NCBI GenBank assembly: GCA_034002885.1 | Contig: JAVEZS010000003.1 | Location: 58,134-122,133 of the forward strand | Direction: 5' to 3' | DNA length: 64,000 bases | From: Bacteroidales bacterium | GTDB lineage: Bacteria > Bacteroidota > Bacteroidia > Bacteroidales > VadinHA17 | Shown here: positions 39,106-48,154 of the stretch, one piece after another | Position numbering within the stretch: position 1 is the stretch's first letter | How the letters are laid out: each line of letters opens with the position of its first letter | Notes under the pieces: generated by a model | Databases searched by the model: none | What the model saw: the letters and a program-made list of their open reading frames with translations, nothing else | What the model was told of the DNA's origin: nothing | Position numbers and translations under genes: made by a program

Positions 39106-41133
39106 ATGAATCCTAATGAATTTTACCTGTCCGATCCCTGGCTCGATCCTTTTAAAGGTATTATTAAGAGCAGAATAAAAAAATGCATTGCCAGGGAGAG
39201 TTCTCTGACAGGCGGAAAGAGTCTGAAGGAGTTTGCCATGGGGCACTTTTATTACGGACTGCATCGCGGAAACGATGGATGGATCTTCAGGGAATGGGCT
39301 CCGAATGCCGAGAGCATATTCCTCACGGGTATTTTCAGCGACTGGAAGGAGAAGCCGGCCTACAGGCTTGAAAGGATCAACAAATATGGCGACTGGGAGA
39401 TAAGGCTTCCGGGCGAATCGCTTAAGCACGGGGATCTTTACAAGCTTTCGCTCCACTGGAAGGGAGGAAGGGGTGAGCGGATTCCCTCTTATGCCAATCG
39501 TCTGGTACAGGACGAGATCACCAAGATATTTTCGGCTCAGGTATGGAACCCGGAGGAGGGCTACAAGTGGAAAACAGGTGATTTTACACCACCCGATACT
39601 GCTCCGCTTATTTATGAGGCGCATATCGGTATGGGGACTGCGGAAGAGAAGATAGGCACCTACAGGGAGTTTGCCGAGAATGTGCTGCCGATGGTAAAGA
39701 AATCGGGATACAACACCTTGCAGCTGATGGCCATACAGGAGCATCCTTTTTACGGATCGTTCGGATATCATGTATCCAGTTTCTTTGCAGCCTCGTCGCG
39801 TTTCGGAACACCCGAAGACCTGAAGTCTCTCATCGACGATGCGCATTCGATGGGTATCAGGGTTATAATGGACCTGGTTCATTCCCACTCAGTTAAGAAC
39901 ATCAATGAAGGATTAGGATTATTCGACGGTACTCCCGGGCAGTATTTCCACACTAATGAGAGGAGGAACCATGTAGCCTGGGATTCGCTGTGTTTTGACT
40001 ACGGTAAAGACAATGTGCTTCATTTCCTTCTTTCGAACTGCAGGTACTGGCTGGAAGAATACCGGTTCGACGGCTACAGGTTTGACGGTATCACAAGCAT
40101 GATCTACTACAATCATGGTCTGGAAAAGAATTTCACCACTTACGATGATTACTTCGACGGAGGGCAGGATGAAGATGCTCTGATATATCTTTACCTGGCC
40201 AACCGGATGATACACGAATTCAAACCCGGAGCTCTAACGATAGCCGAGGAGATGAGCGGTATGCCGGGGATTGCCTGCGACACTTCAAGGAGCGGTTATG
40301 GTTTTGATTACAGGCTATCGATGGGAGTTCCCGATCTATGGATAAAACTGGTAAAGGACACTCCGGATGAAAACTGGGATATGGGACATCTTTTCCACGA
40401 GCTTACCCAGCACCGTCCCGAGGAAAAGATCATCTCTTACTGCGAATCGCACGACCAGGCTCTTGTAGGCGACAAAACCCTGATTTTCAGGATGCTCGAT
40501 GCCGAGATGTACACCGGGATGAATAAATCCTACCACTCTTTCGCTCTCGACCGGGGTATAGCCCTTCACAAGATGATCAGGCTTATCACATTCAGCAATG
40601 CCGGGGGAGGATATCTTAATTTCATGGGGAATGAATTTGGTCATCCGGAGTGGATCGATTTTCCGCGTGAAGGGAATAACTGGAGTCATAAATATGCCAG
40701 ACGGCAGTGGCACCTTGCAATGGATGAAGATCTGAAATATTCATATCTTCTGAAGTTCGATAACGCCATGATAAGGCTTCACACAGAATACAGGATTCTG
40801 GATGATGTCTTTATCAACAGGTTATTTGAAAACAATACCGACAAAGTAGTTGCCTACATGAGGGGTGAATTGCTTTTTGTATTCAATTTCCATCCCACCC
40901 GCTCATTTACTGATTACGGAATCCCTGTCAAAGGCAAGTTCAGCATTCTCCTTGATTCTGATGATCCTCTTTTCGGGGGTTTTGACAGGATTAACCGCAA
41001 GACTATTTTCACCAGCCAGAAGAAAACAGTAAGGCCGACCCTTGATCAGCCTTTCTATCTTTTTCTTTATCTGCCCGCAAGGAGCGCCCTCGTTTTAAAG
41101 AGCGAGCCTGTAAGAAGGGCTACCGAAATCTAG
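39106..41133 (+). CDS. glgB: 1,4-alpha-glucan branching enzyme, GH13 (eukaryote-like subfamily)
   Basis: 675 aa. GH13 conserved regions are DLVHSH, GYRFDGITSM, IAEEMSG and YCESHDQ. The N-terminal CBM48-like region contains GWIFREWAPNA. Confidence 0.9.
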   Translation: MNPNEFYLSDPWLDPFKGIIKSRIKKCIARESSLTGGKSLKEFAMGHFYYGLHRGNDGWIFREWAPNAESIFLTGIFSDWKEKPAYRLERINKYGDWEIRLPGESLKHGDLYKLSLHWKGGRGERIPSYANRLVQDEITKIFSAQVWNPEEGYKWKTGDFTPPDTAPLIYEAHIGMGTAEEKIGTYREFAENVLPMVKKSGYNTLQLMAIQEHPFYGSFGYHVSSFFAASSRFGTPEDLKSLIDDAHSMGIRVIMDLVHSHSVKNINEGLGLFDGTPGQYFHTNERRNHVAWDSLCFDYGKDNVLHFLLSNCRYWLEEYRFDGYRFDGITSMIYYNHGLEKNFTTYDDYFDGGQDEDALIYLYLANRMIHEFKPGALTIAEEMSGMPGIACDTSRSGYGFDYRLSMGVPDLWIKLVKDTPDENWDMGHLFHELTQHRPEEKIISYCESHDQALVGDKTLIFRMLDAEMYTGMNKSYHSFALDRGIALHKMIRLITFSNAGGGYLNFMGNEFGHPEWIDFPREGNNWSHKYARRQWHLAMDEDLKYSYLLKFDNAMIRLHTEYRILDDVFINRLFENNTDKVVAYMRGELLFVFNFHPTRSFTDYGIPVKGKFSILLDSDDPLFGGFDRINRKTIFTSQKKTVRPTLDQPFYLFLYLPARSALVLKSEPVRRATEI

Positions 41134-44100
41134 TCGATCCACCTCAGCAGGTAGAAATCCTGCTTATGTGGAAGGTCGTTATGTTTCGGATAGATCCTTA
41201 TTCCGTAGAAGAAGGTTCCGGCTTTTTCAGGAACCAGGTTAGCCCTGTAAAGGCACTTGCCGTTTTTGCTGCTTATCAGTTTGAATTCCTGGCTGTCGAC
41301 GAACTCATACTCACCGTTCTTGTTAAGGAAAGTGAATACGAATTCGACCCCTACATTATCCCTGGGTATATTTTTGATATCGAGAGCAATCTCTGCACGG
41401 TAGTCATGGCCGGAGTGATAATGGCTTTCTGCAGGTCTTTCAAAGTTATAGTTAAGCACCTCTATGTTGTCCCATTCCTGTTTCATGGTGTTTTTCCATG
41501 CAGCCAGTTCTTTTGACTTCTCAAACTCGTTGGCAGTCATATATTTGTTTCTCGACCAGAGTTTCTTATAATACTTGTTGAGATAGTCGTCGAGCATTCT
41601 CTTCATTGTGAACTCAGGAGCAATCTTAACCAGGGTGTTTTTGATATGGCTGATCCATTCAACAGGTACTCCTTCGCTGTTGAATGAATAGAATGCCGGG
41701 GCTATCTCATATTCGAGCATGTTGTAGATAGTTTCAGCATCGACATCGTCCTGCAGTTCCTGATTATTGAAAGTTCTTTTCTTGGGCAGGGCCCATCCTG
41801 CAAATGCCCGGTATCCCTCAACCCACCAGCCATCGAGAACACTGAAGTGAAGAGTCCCGTTCATAACAGCCTTTTCACCGCTTGTCCCGGATGCTTCGAG
41901 AGGCCGGGTTGGTGTATTGAGCCATATGTCAACGCCTCTTACGAGATGTTTTGCCAGTTCGATATCGTAGTTCTCAAGGAAGATAACCTTTCCAGCGAAC
42001 CTGGGCATCTGAGAAATCTCAAAGACTCTTTTTATAAGATCCTGGCCTCCCCCGTCGTGAGGGTGAGCTTTCCCTGCAAAAATAAACTGAACGGGCCTGT
42101 CGGGGTCATTGACAATTTTCGCCAGCCTGTCGAGATCCCTGAAAAGAAGGGATGCCCGCTTGTAAGTGGCAAACCTTCTGGCAAATCCTATGGTAAGAGC
42201 TTTTTCGTTCAGATGGGTGCTTATATTAAGGAGAGTCCTCGGACTCACATGCTTATCGATCATTTCAGTCTGCAGGCGTTTTCTGATATTTACGAAAAGC
42301 TTTTTCTTAAGCGACATCTTGACATCGTATACCCTCTTGTCGTCGATGTTATAGAGTTTCTCCCAAAGGCTTCTGTCGGTCTGGTCGAAGTTTATTGTTC
42401 CTGTAATTTCCTTGTAGATTTCCTGCCATTCGGGAGCTACCCATGTCGGATGGTGCACTCCATTCGTGACATAGCCAACGTAGAGTTCTTCTTTGAGGTA
42501 ACCAGGCCAGAGCTTGTTAAAGAGGCCCTGGGTAACCTGTCCGTGAAGTTTGCTAACTCCGTTCAGTTCCTGCGACATATGAGTAGCAAGGTAGCTCATG
42601 TTGAAACGCCTGTCAGCCTCCCCGGGGCATCGTCCGAGAGCTATAAGGTCTTCCCAGCTTATATTCAGTCTTGAGTGATAGTGCGAGATATACTTTCTGA
42701 GAAGATCTTCCTCAAAGGCGTCGTGGCCTGCAGGAACCGGTGTATGGGTAGTGAACAGGGTTGAGGACCTCACGGCCTCAACTGCCTGATCGAAGGTAAG
42801 ATGATGGTCCTCAATAAGTTTCCTTAGTCTTTCAAGGCTGATAAATGCAGAATGTCCCTCGTTGCTGTGATAAAGATCCGGTTTCAGTCCCATGGCGTTG
42901 ATGGCCCTTATACCGCCAATACCGAGGATAAGTTCCTGCCTGAGGCGGTTTTCATGGTCACCTCCGTAGAGGTAATGTGTAATTGAGCGGTCTTCGGGTG
43001 AGTTATCCTCGAAATCGGTATCGAGCAGGAAGAGTGATACCTTACCTATTTTAGCTTCCCATACCCGGACCTTAACGCTCCGGCCTGGCCATACAATACT
43101 GACTGTAAGGTGTTTTCCTTCGGAATCCTTAATCGGATCGATGGGAATCCTCGAAAATTCCTCGGCTTCATAGATGGTAAGCTGTTCCCCCTTGGGTCCC
43201 AGTTTCTGTTTAAAATATCCGAACCTGTACAGCAATCCGACGCCTATTATCTGAACGTTGGAGTCGCTTGCCTCTTTAAGGTAGTCGCCTGCAAGTATTC
43301 CGAGGCCTCCGGAATAGATCTTAAGGCATGGGTGGATTCCGAACTCCATACTGAAATATGCCACAGAGGGTATTTCAGTGTTCCAGGGTCTTTCGAGGTA
43401 TGCTCTGAACTCTCGGTAGATCGTTTCGAGATCCGTTACAAATTCCTCATCATCTTCAAGAACCAGCAGCCGTTTGTAATCTATTTTCTCGAGCATCAGC
43501 TTCGGATTATGGTACACTTCCTCCCAGAGTGAGGGATCCATTCTTCTGAAAAGTGCCTCTGCTTCGGAGTGCCAGGTCCACCAGAGATTGTTTGCGATTT
43601 CCTTCAGGGATGAAAGTCTGTCGGGAACATCGCTCTGAACGTAGATATCCTTCCAAACCGGTATCTGGTGCGGTTTTCTTATTTTAAGATCAGGAGCTTC
43701 AACAAACTGGGCGAATTCCCTTGGTTCATCCCTTCTTGCCTTACTGTTCTCAAGGGCTATTTCGTAGGCGGTAAAGTAGTGTTTTACCAGGTTGTCCCAC
43801 ATTGCTATCCTTGAGACCTCATGTGCCTTCTTCCTCGCCTCATCTATCTCCTTTCCGCTAAGTCCAATGAACTTCCTTATGAAATCCTTCATTTCGTCGA
43901 CAACCTGTTCCTGGTTGTCGTCGGTTCTTTCGATTATAGCTATCCCGTTACCCGGATCGCTGAAATAATCCTTCACCCACAATCCGAATCCTGAAAGAGA
44001 TGTTGTCACCGTTGGTATTGAGAACATAAGGCTTTCAAGCGGGGTATAGCCCCAGGGTTCATAATATGATGGAAAGACTGAAAGGTCAAAACCAATCAGC

Positions 44101-45356
44101 AGGTCATAATATGAGAGGTTAAAGATCCCGTCATTACCGTTGAGGTAAGAAGGTGCGAAGATTATCTTCACCTTATCGTCAGGGTTGTTTGTGAGCCCGT
44201 TATTTTTTATGTTCTGAAGGACAGGATCCGACGACGGGTAGTGAAGGCAGTGGGTAAGGTATTTGTCGATTCCGTTTACCTGGCCATTATTGTTAAGAAT
44301 ATCGGCAAGGTCTTGGCGTGGGCCCTTGTGATATGCCGGCATCAGAAGGAATGCCACGCATTCCTTTTCCAGATCTGCGTTTTTGTTGAGTTTCCCTAGC
44401 GAATCAATAAATATATCAACTCCTTTGTTCCGGTATTCGTATCTTCCGCTGTTGGCAATGAACATGCAGGAGTCAGAAAGCTTGTAGCCGAGGACTGCTT
44501 CAGCAACCTTTTTGAGTTTATCCCTCGCGGCAGCTCTTTTCTCCATGAAGACATCGTTTGCCGGGACAAATGAATCCTCAAAACCGTTTGGTGTAACAAT
44601 ATCGACATCCTGCCCAAGGAAATGGGAGCATTCGCGTGAGGTTATCTCGCTTACTGTTGTAAAGACGTCGGCTTCGGCAGCTGACAGTTTTTCGAGCGAC
44701 TGTTTTGCCACGACGTTAAATTCGCGGGAGATCTGAGCCGGGTTATACTCTTTCATTTTCCCGTACAGGGGTCTGTTGTTTCCTGCGATACATCTACCGA
44801 GGACCGTGGCATGGGTAGTGAACGAAGTGGCTATCCAGGGAACATATTTCTCGAGGTAGAGAATTCCTGTTCCTGTCATCCATTCATGGAACTGCGCTAC
44901 AATATTATTATGGTCGCGGTAGAACGAAATGAAACTTTCTATCACTTTCCCGGCTGCATATCCGAAGAGTGCCGGTTCGACATAGTCCCACTGTCCTGTA
45001 ATACTATCGAGTTTATAGGTTTCCCAGAAACTGGCAAAGATCTCATTCTGCTGACCAAAGTAAGGTGTAAAATCTATAAGGAAGACTATCGGTTTTCCTG
45101 ATATGTTCCATCTTCCTGTTTTAACCTTCAGTCCTTCATTTGCTGCAATCATTTTCCATTCAGCAAACAGGTTTTCGTCGGGAATGAATTCAGGATTTGT
45201 AACTTCTTCTCTCCACACGTCGGGACCAATAAGTACATAATTGTCGCCGAGCTCATTTACAATGTTCAGTGCTTTTGTTGAGATCACAGTATGAATTCCT
45301 CCGACCTTGTTGCAAACCTCCCAACTGGTCTCAAAAACTAGTTCAATATTCATCAT
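41130..45356 (-). CDS. Fusion protein: GT3 glycogen synthase (N-terminal ~540 aa) + GT35 alpha-glucan phosphorylase with DUF3417-type N-region (~575-1290) + ~110-aa C-terminal beta-rich domain
   Basis: 1408-aa uninterrupted ORF. The N-terminus FETSWEVCNKVGGIHTVISTKA is the eukaryote-type glycogen synthase motif. The middle carries NNLWWTWHSEAEALFRRMDPSLWE and YFSMEFGIHPCLKIYSGGLGILAGDYLKEASD. The PLP-lysine block is EASGTSGEKAVMNG. Confidence 0.85.
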   Translation of the reverse strand: MMNIELVFETSWEVCNKVGGIHTVISTKALNIVNELGDNYVLIGPDVWREEVTNPEFIPDENLFAEWKMIAANEGLKVKTGRWNISGKPIVFLIDFTPYFGQQNEIFASFWETYKLDSITGQWDYVEPALFGYAAGKVIESFISFYRDHNNIVAQFHEWMTGTGILYLEKYVPWIATSFTTHATVLGRCIAGNNRPLYGKMKEYNPAQISREFNVVAKQSLEKLSAAEADVFTTVSEITSRECSHFLGQDVDIVTPNGFEDSFVPANDVFMEKRAAARDKLKKVAEAVLGYKLSDSCMFIANSGRYEYRNKGVDIFIDSLGKLNKNADLEKECVAFLLMPAYHKGPRQDLADILNNNGQVNGIDKYLTHCLHYPSSDPVLQNIKNNGLTNNPDDKVKIIFAPSYLNGNDGIFNLSYYDLLIGFDLSVFPSYYEPWGYTPLESLMFSIPTVTTSLSGFGLWVKDYFSDPGNGIAIIERTDDNQEQVVDEMKDFIRKFIGLSGKEIDEARKKAHEVSRIAMWDNLVKHYFTAYEIALENSKARRDEPREFAQFVEAPDLKIRKPHQIPVWKDIYVQSDVPDRLSSLKEIANNLWWTWHSEAEALFRRMDPSLWEEVYHNPKLMLEKIDYKRLLVLEDDEEFVTDLETIYREFRAYLERPWNTEIPSVAYFSMEFGIHPCLKIYSGGLGILAGDYLKEASDSNVQIIGVGLLYRFGYFKQKLGPKGEQLTIYEAEEFSRIPIDPIKDSEGKHLTVSIVWPGRSVKVRVWEAKIGKVSLFLLDTDFEDNSPEDRSITHYLYGGDHENRLRQELILGIGGIRAINAMGLKPDLYHSNEGHSAFISLERLRKLIEDHHLTFDQAVEAVRSSTLFTTHTPVPAGHDAFEEDLLRKYISHYHSRLNISWEDLIALGRCPGEADRRFNMSYLATHMSQELNGVSKLHGQVTQGLFNKLWPGYLKEELYVGYVTNGVHHPTWVAPEWQEIYKEITGTINFDQTDRSLWEKLYNIDDKRVYDVKMSLKKKLFVNIRKRLQTEMIDKHVSPRTLLNISTHLNEKALTIGFARRFATYKRASLLFRDLDRLAKIVNDPDRPVQFIFAGKAHPHDGGGQDLIKRVFEISQMPRFAGKVIFLENYDIELAKHLVRGVDIWLNTPTRPLEASGTSGEKAVMNGTLHFSVLDGWWVEGYRAFAGWALPKKRTFNNQELQDDVDAETIYNMLEYEIAPAFYSFNSEGVPVEWISHIKNTLVKIAPEFTMKRMLDDYLNKYYKKLWSRNKYMTANEFEKSKELAAWKNTMKQEWDNIEVLNYNFERPAESHYHSGHDYRAEIALDIKNIPRDNVGVEFVFTFLNKNGEYEFVDSQEFKLISSKNGKCLYRANLVPEKAGTFFYGIRIYPKHNDLPHKQDFYLLRWID

Positions 45357-45389
45357 CAGATATGTTGGTTCAGATTAATTATGCGATTT

Positions 45390-46841
45390 TTACTTTGTTT
45401 TGCGTGTTTTGGTTGTGGCAGAAGTTTTTGATTTTTTTGCTGTTTTAGTTTTAGATGAACTTAACAGAAGCATATTCCCTGCCAGGGATGGTTGTTTTGT
45501 AAGGGTTCCCTTTCCAGCTTTCTTTGTCCTGCTATTTTTCCTCAGCGAGTCCAGCTCACCTGTAAGCTGATCGATGAGAGACTCCTTTTCCTTCAGCAGG
45601 TTATTTAGTTTCGAAACTTCATTTACCTCATGGCTGTCGGGGACAAAGCGTTTAAGTCTTATTTCAAAGTCGCTGAGGACGTTCATATAGTTCATGAAAG
45701 CGTCATAGGGTGTGTCGTACGGGTTGAAATAGGCATGAACGGCTCCGTCCGAGAAGAATTTCGTTGCCATGTAGTAGAAATGGTCGCTTGCCTGCAGGTA
45801 TTCCCAATCTTTCTTGATCTGGGCATCGTCGCATATTCTTACCTTTTCGGAAAGGCTGTAGAGTTTGTCGAGTGCTGCTGACTGCAGTTCATTGCCGCAC
45901 CAGGCTGTAATATCTCTTTCCTCGTCGGCCCAGGAGATGGGTGAGGGTATGTTTATCGCGGAAACAGGCTGGAGGTAATCAGCTACTTCAGCAGGTGTCA
46001 TGAACTTGTAGGGTGTCTTTTTAAGGATGGCACCCGGCATATGAGTCAGAAAGTCAAATATTCCTGTTTCCTTTCTGTTATGTTCACCGAAAGTCTCATA
46101 ATCCAGAAACACGTTGATAAGTTCGCTTTTGGATGTCAGTTTATTTATCCAGGATGCATACTTATCGGCAGTAAGTGGCCATTCGCTCCAGTTGGTGTTG
46201 GAGAATCTGAAAGCAATGTCGTCGCTCAGAACGAAATTCCGGAGCAACACCTTAAGCCGGGGGTTTATGGAATTGCAATAGAGGTAATTGGGGCTTTTCC
46301 ATCCCAGAACATGTTTTGCTCCTTCCGTAAGGATTGCTTTAAAGCCCATATCGGCCACCCACGAACCTATCTGATCAGAATAGATAAGTTCTGTGTTTCT
46401 GAACGATGTGGGTTCCACTCCGAGGTGATCGTGGATCATTGCCTTATGCACCTCAACCTGGCGTTCAAACTCTGTACGTGATCTTACCGAGGCGAGGGAA
46501 TGGGATTCCGTTTCAGCAAGAAACTCAACCATACCGGTTTCCGCGAGTTTCCTGAACGACTCGAGCACTTCGGGGGCATAAAGCCTGAACTGTTTTATTA
46601 CAAGTCCTGTAAGGGAGAAAGTAACTTTGAACTTCCCCTTGTTCTTTATAATCTGATCCAGAAGGATCTCGTTGGCGGGGAGGTAGCATTTCTCTGCCAC
46701 CTTTCGCATTATTGACTCATTGGTGAAGTCATCATAGTAATAATGGTCGTGGCCGAGATCGAAAAACCTGTATCTTTTTAGCCTGAAAGGCTGATGAACC
46801 TGAAAATAAAAGCAAATAGCTTTTTTACCTGTTAGACTCAT
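45390..46841 (-). CDS. Glycoside hydrolase family 57 protein (alpha-amylase/branching-enzyme family) with basic C-terminal tail
   Basis: 483 aa. The N-terminal block ICFYFQVHQPFRLKRY is the GH57 HQP region, and FLDYETFGEH is also present. The last ~45 aa are Lys/Thr/Ser-rich (SSSKTKTAKKSKTSATTKTRKTK). Confidence 0.75.
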   Translation of the reverse strand: MSLTGKKAICFYFQVHQPFRLKRYRFFDLGHDHYYYDDFTNESIMRKVAEKCYLPANEILLDQIIKNKGKFKVTFSLTGLVIKQFRLYAPEVLESFRKLAETGMVEFLAETESHSLASVRSRTEFERQVEVHKAMIHDHLGVEPTSFRNTELIYSDQIGSWVADMGFKAILTEGAKHVLGWKSPNYLYCNSINPRLKVLLRNFVLSDDIAFRFSNTNWSEWPLTADKYASWINKLTSKSELINVFLDYETFGEHNRKETGIFDFLTHMPGAILKKTPYKFMTPAEVADYLQPVSAINIPSPISWADEERDITAWCGNELQSAALDKLYSLSEKVRICDDAQIKKDWEYLQASDHFYYMATKFFSDGAVHAYFNPYDTPYDAFMNYMNVLSDFEIRLKRFVPDSHEVNEVSKLNNLLKEKESLIDQLTGELDSLRKNSRTKKAGKGTLTKQPSLAGNMLLLSSSKTKTAKKSKTSATTKTRKTK

Positions 46842-46843
46842 AT

Positions 46844-48142
46844 TTAGTTTTTATTTTGCCAAATCACTCTGTAATAAATATCTCTCACGTGTCGTGCTGA
46901 ATTATCCCATTTCAGTCTTACAACCTCTTCTTTCCCGTTTTTGATGAACATTTTTGACAGGGCAGGATAATTCAGTATAGCGTAAATGGCATCGGCCATG
47001 GCATCGATGTCCCAGAAATCGGTTTTGACAGCGTGTGTAAGTATTTCCGAAACGCCTGATTGCTTGCTTATTATAACGGGAACGTTTGATTGCATTGCTT
47101 CGAGGGGGGAGATACCGAATGGTTCCGATACTGATGGCATAATATACACATCGCTAATGCTAAGCATATTGAACACATCCTTTCCCTTCAGAAAGCCAGT
47201 AAAGTGAAAGCGGTCGGTAATATTGAGCGCTGCTGCCCTTCGCATCATTCTTTCCATCATGTCGCCCGAACCGGCCATAACAAATCTTACATTGGGCATC
47301 ATTTTAAGGACTTTGTTTGCTGCTTCGATGAAGTATTCAGGGCCTTTCTGCATTGTTATTCTTCCGAGGAAGGTAACCACCTTGTCGTCGAAACCCTTGT
47401 TGACATCGGCATCGCCTGAGAGTTTTACGGGTTCTACTGCGTTATATACTGTCTCAACCTTATCGGGATCGATGTTGTATTTATTAATTACGATATCGCG
47501 GGTAAGGTTACTTACCGTTATTATTTTTGAAGCGGCATCCATGCCCATTTTCTCTATCCGGTAAACGTCGGGGTTCACATTACCCCCGCTGCGGTCGAAA
47601 TCGGTAGCGTGGACATGTATAACAAGAGGTTTTCCCGAAACTTCCATTGCAGCTATCCCTGCAGGATAGGCGAGCCAGTCGTGAGCGTGAATAATATCAA
47701 AATCGTTTTCCTGGGCAATTACGGCAGCCACCACGGAATACTTGTATATCTCGTCCATGAGGGATGTATCGTATCTTCCTGAGAAATCGATTGTTCCCTC
47801 ATTGTTTGTCTGTACCACCAGTTTATAGCCGGATGTTTCTGAATTGATCTTCTGATAGTACTGTTCCGGGTCAGTATAAGGAACAATTTTCGAGGATATT
47901 TCAATCTGCTCGATAGGTCGTTTAAAGCCTTTATAGTGTACCTGTTTGAATGCCACGGGCACTTTGTTGGCCCCGATGAGCCGCACCTTTGTCTGGTCTT
48001 CGTCTCCCCATTCTTTGGGAACAACGAAAATGACTTCAAGGTCTTCGAGTGTTGACATCCCTTTGGTAAGACCGAAACTGGCCGTACCCAGTCCGCCGGA
48101 GATATGTGGCGGGAACTCCCAACCGAACATTAGTACACGCAT
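46844..48142 (-). CDS. Glycosyltransferase family 4 (glycogen-synthase-like, retaining GT-B)
   Basis: 432 aa. N-terminus MRVLMFGWEFPPHISGGLGTA, and a C-terminal E-x7-E-type block (PSVSEPFGISPLEAM). Confidence 0.8.
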   Translation of the reverse strand: MRVLMFGWEFPPHISGGLGTASFGLTKGMSTLEDLEVIFVVPKEWGDEDQTKVRLIGANKVPVAFKQVHYKGFKRPIEQIEISSKIVPYTDPEQYYQKINSETSGYKLVVQTNNEGTIDFSGRYDTSLMDEIYKYSVVAAVIAQENDFDIIHAHDWLAYPAGIAAMEVSGKPLVIHVHATDFDRSGGNVNPDVYRIEKMGMDAASKIITVSNLTRDIVINKYNIDPDKVETVYNAVEPVKLSGDADVNKGFDDKVVTFLGRITMQKGPEYFIEAANKVLKMMPNVRFVMAGSGDMMERMMRRAAALNITDRFHFTGFLKGKDVFNMLSISDVYIMPSVSEPFGISPLEAMQSNVPVIISKQSGVSEILTHAVKTDFWDIDAMADAIYAILNYPALSKMFIKNGKEEVVRLKWDNSARHVRDIYYRVIWQNKN

Positions 48143-48154
48143 AGCGCAACCGGT

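Noticed and set aside
39076-39888. 270-aa minus-strand ORF
   Set aside because: It lies entirely antisense to the well-supported GH13 branching-enzyme gene. Its sequence is Arg/Leu/Pro-rich with no recognisable motifs. It is a typical shadow ORF.
41847-42674. 275-aa plus-strand ORF
   Set aside because: It is antisense inside the phosphorylase part of the 1408-aa fusion gene and has no motifs. It is a shadow ORF.
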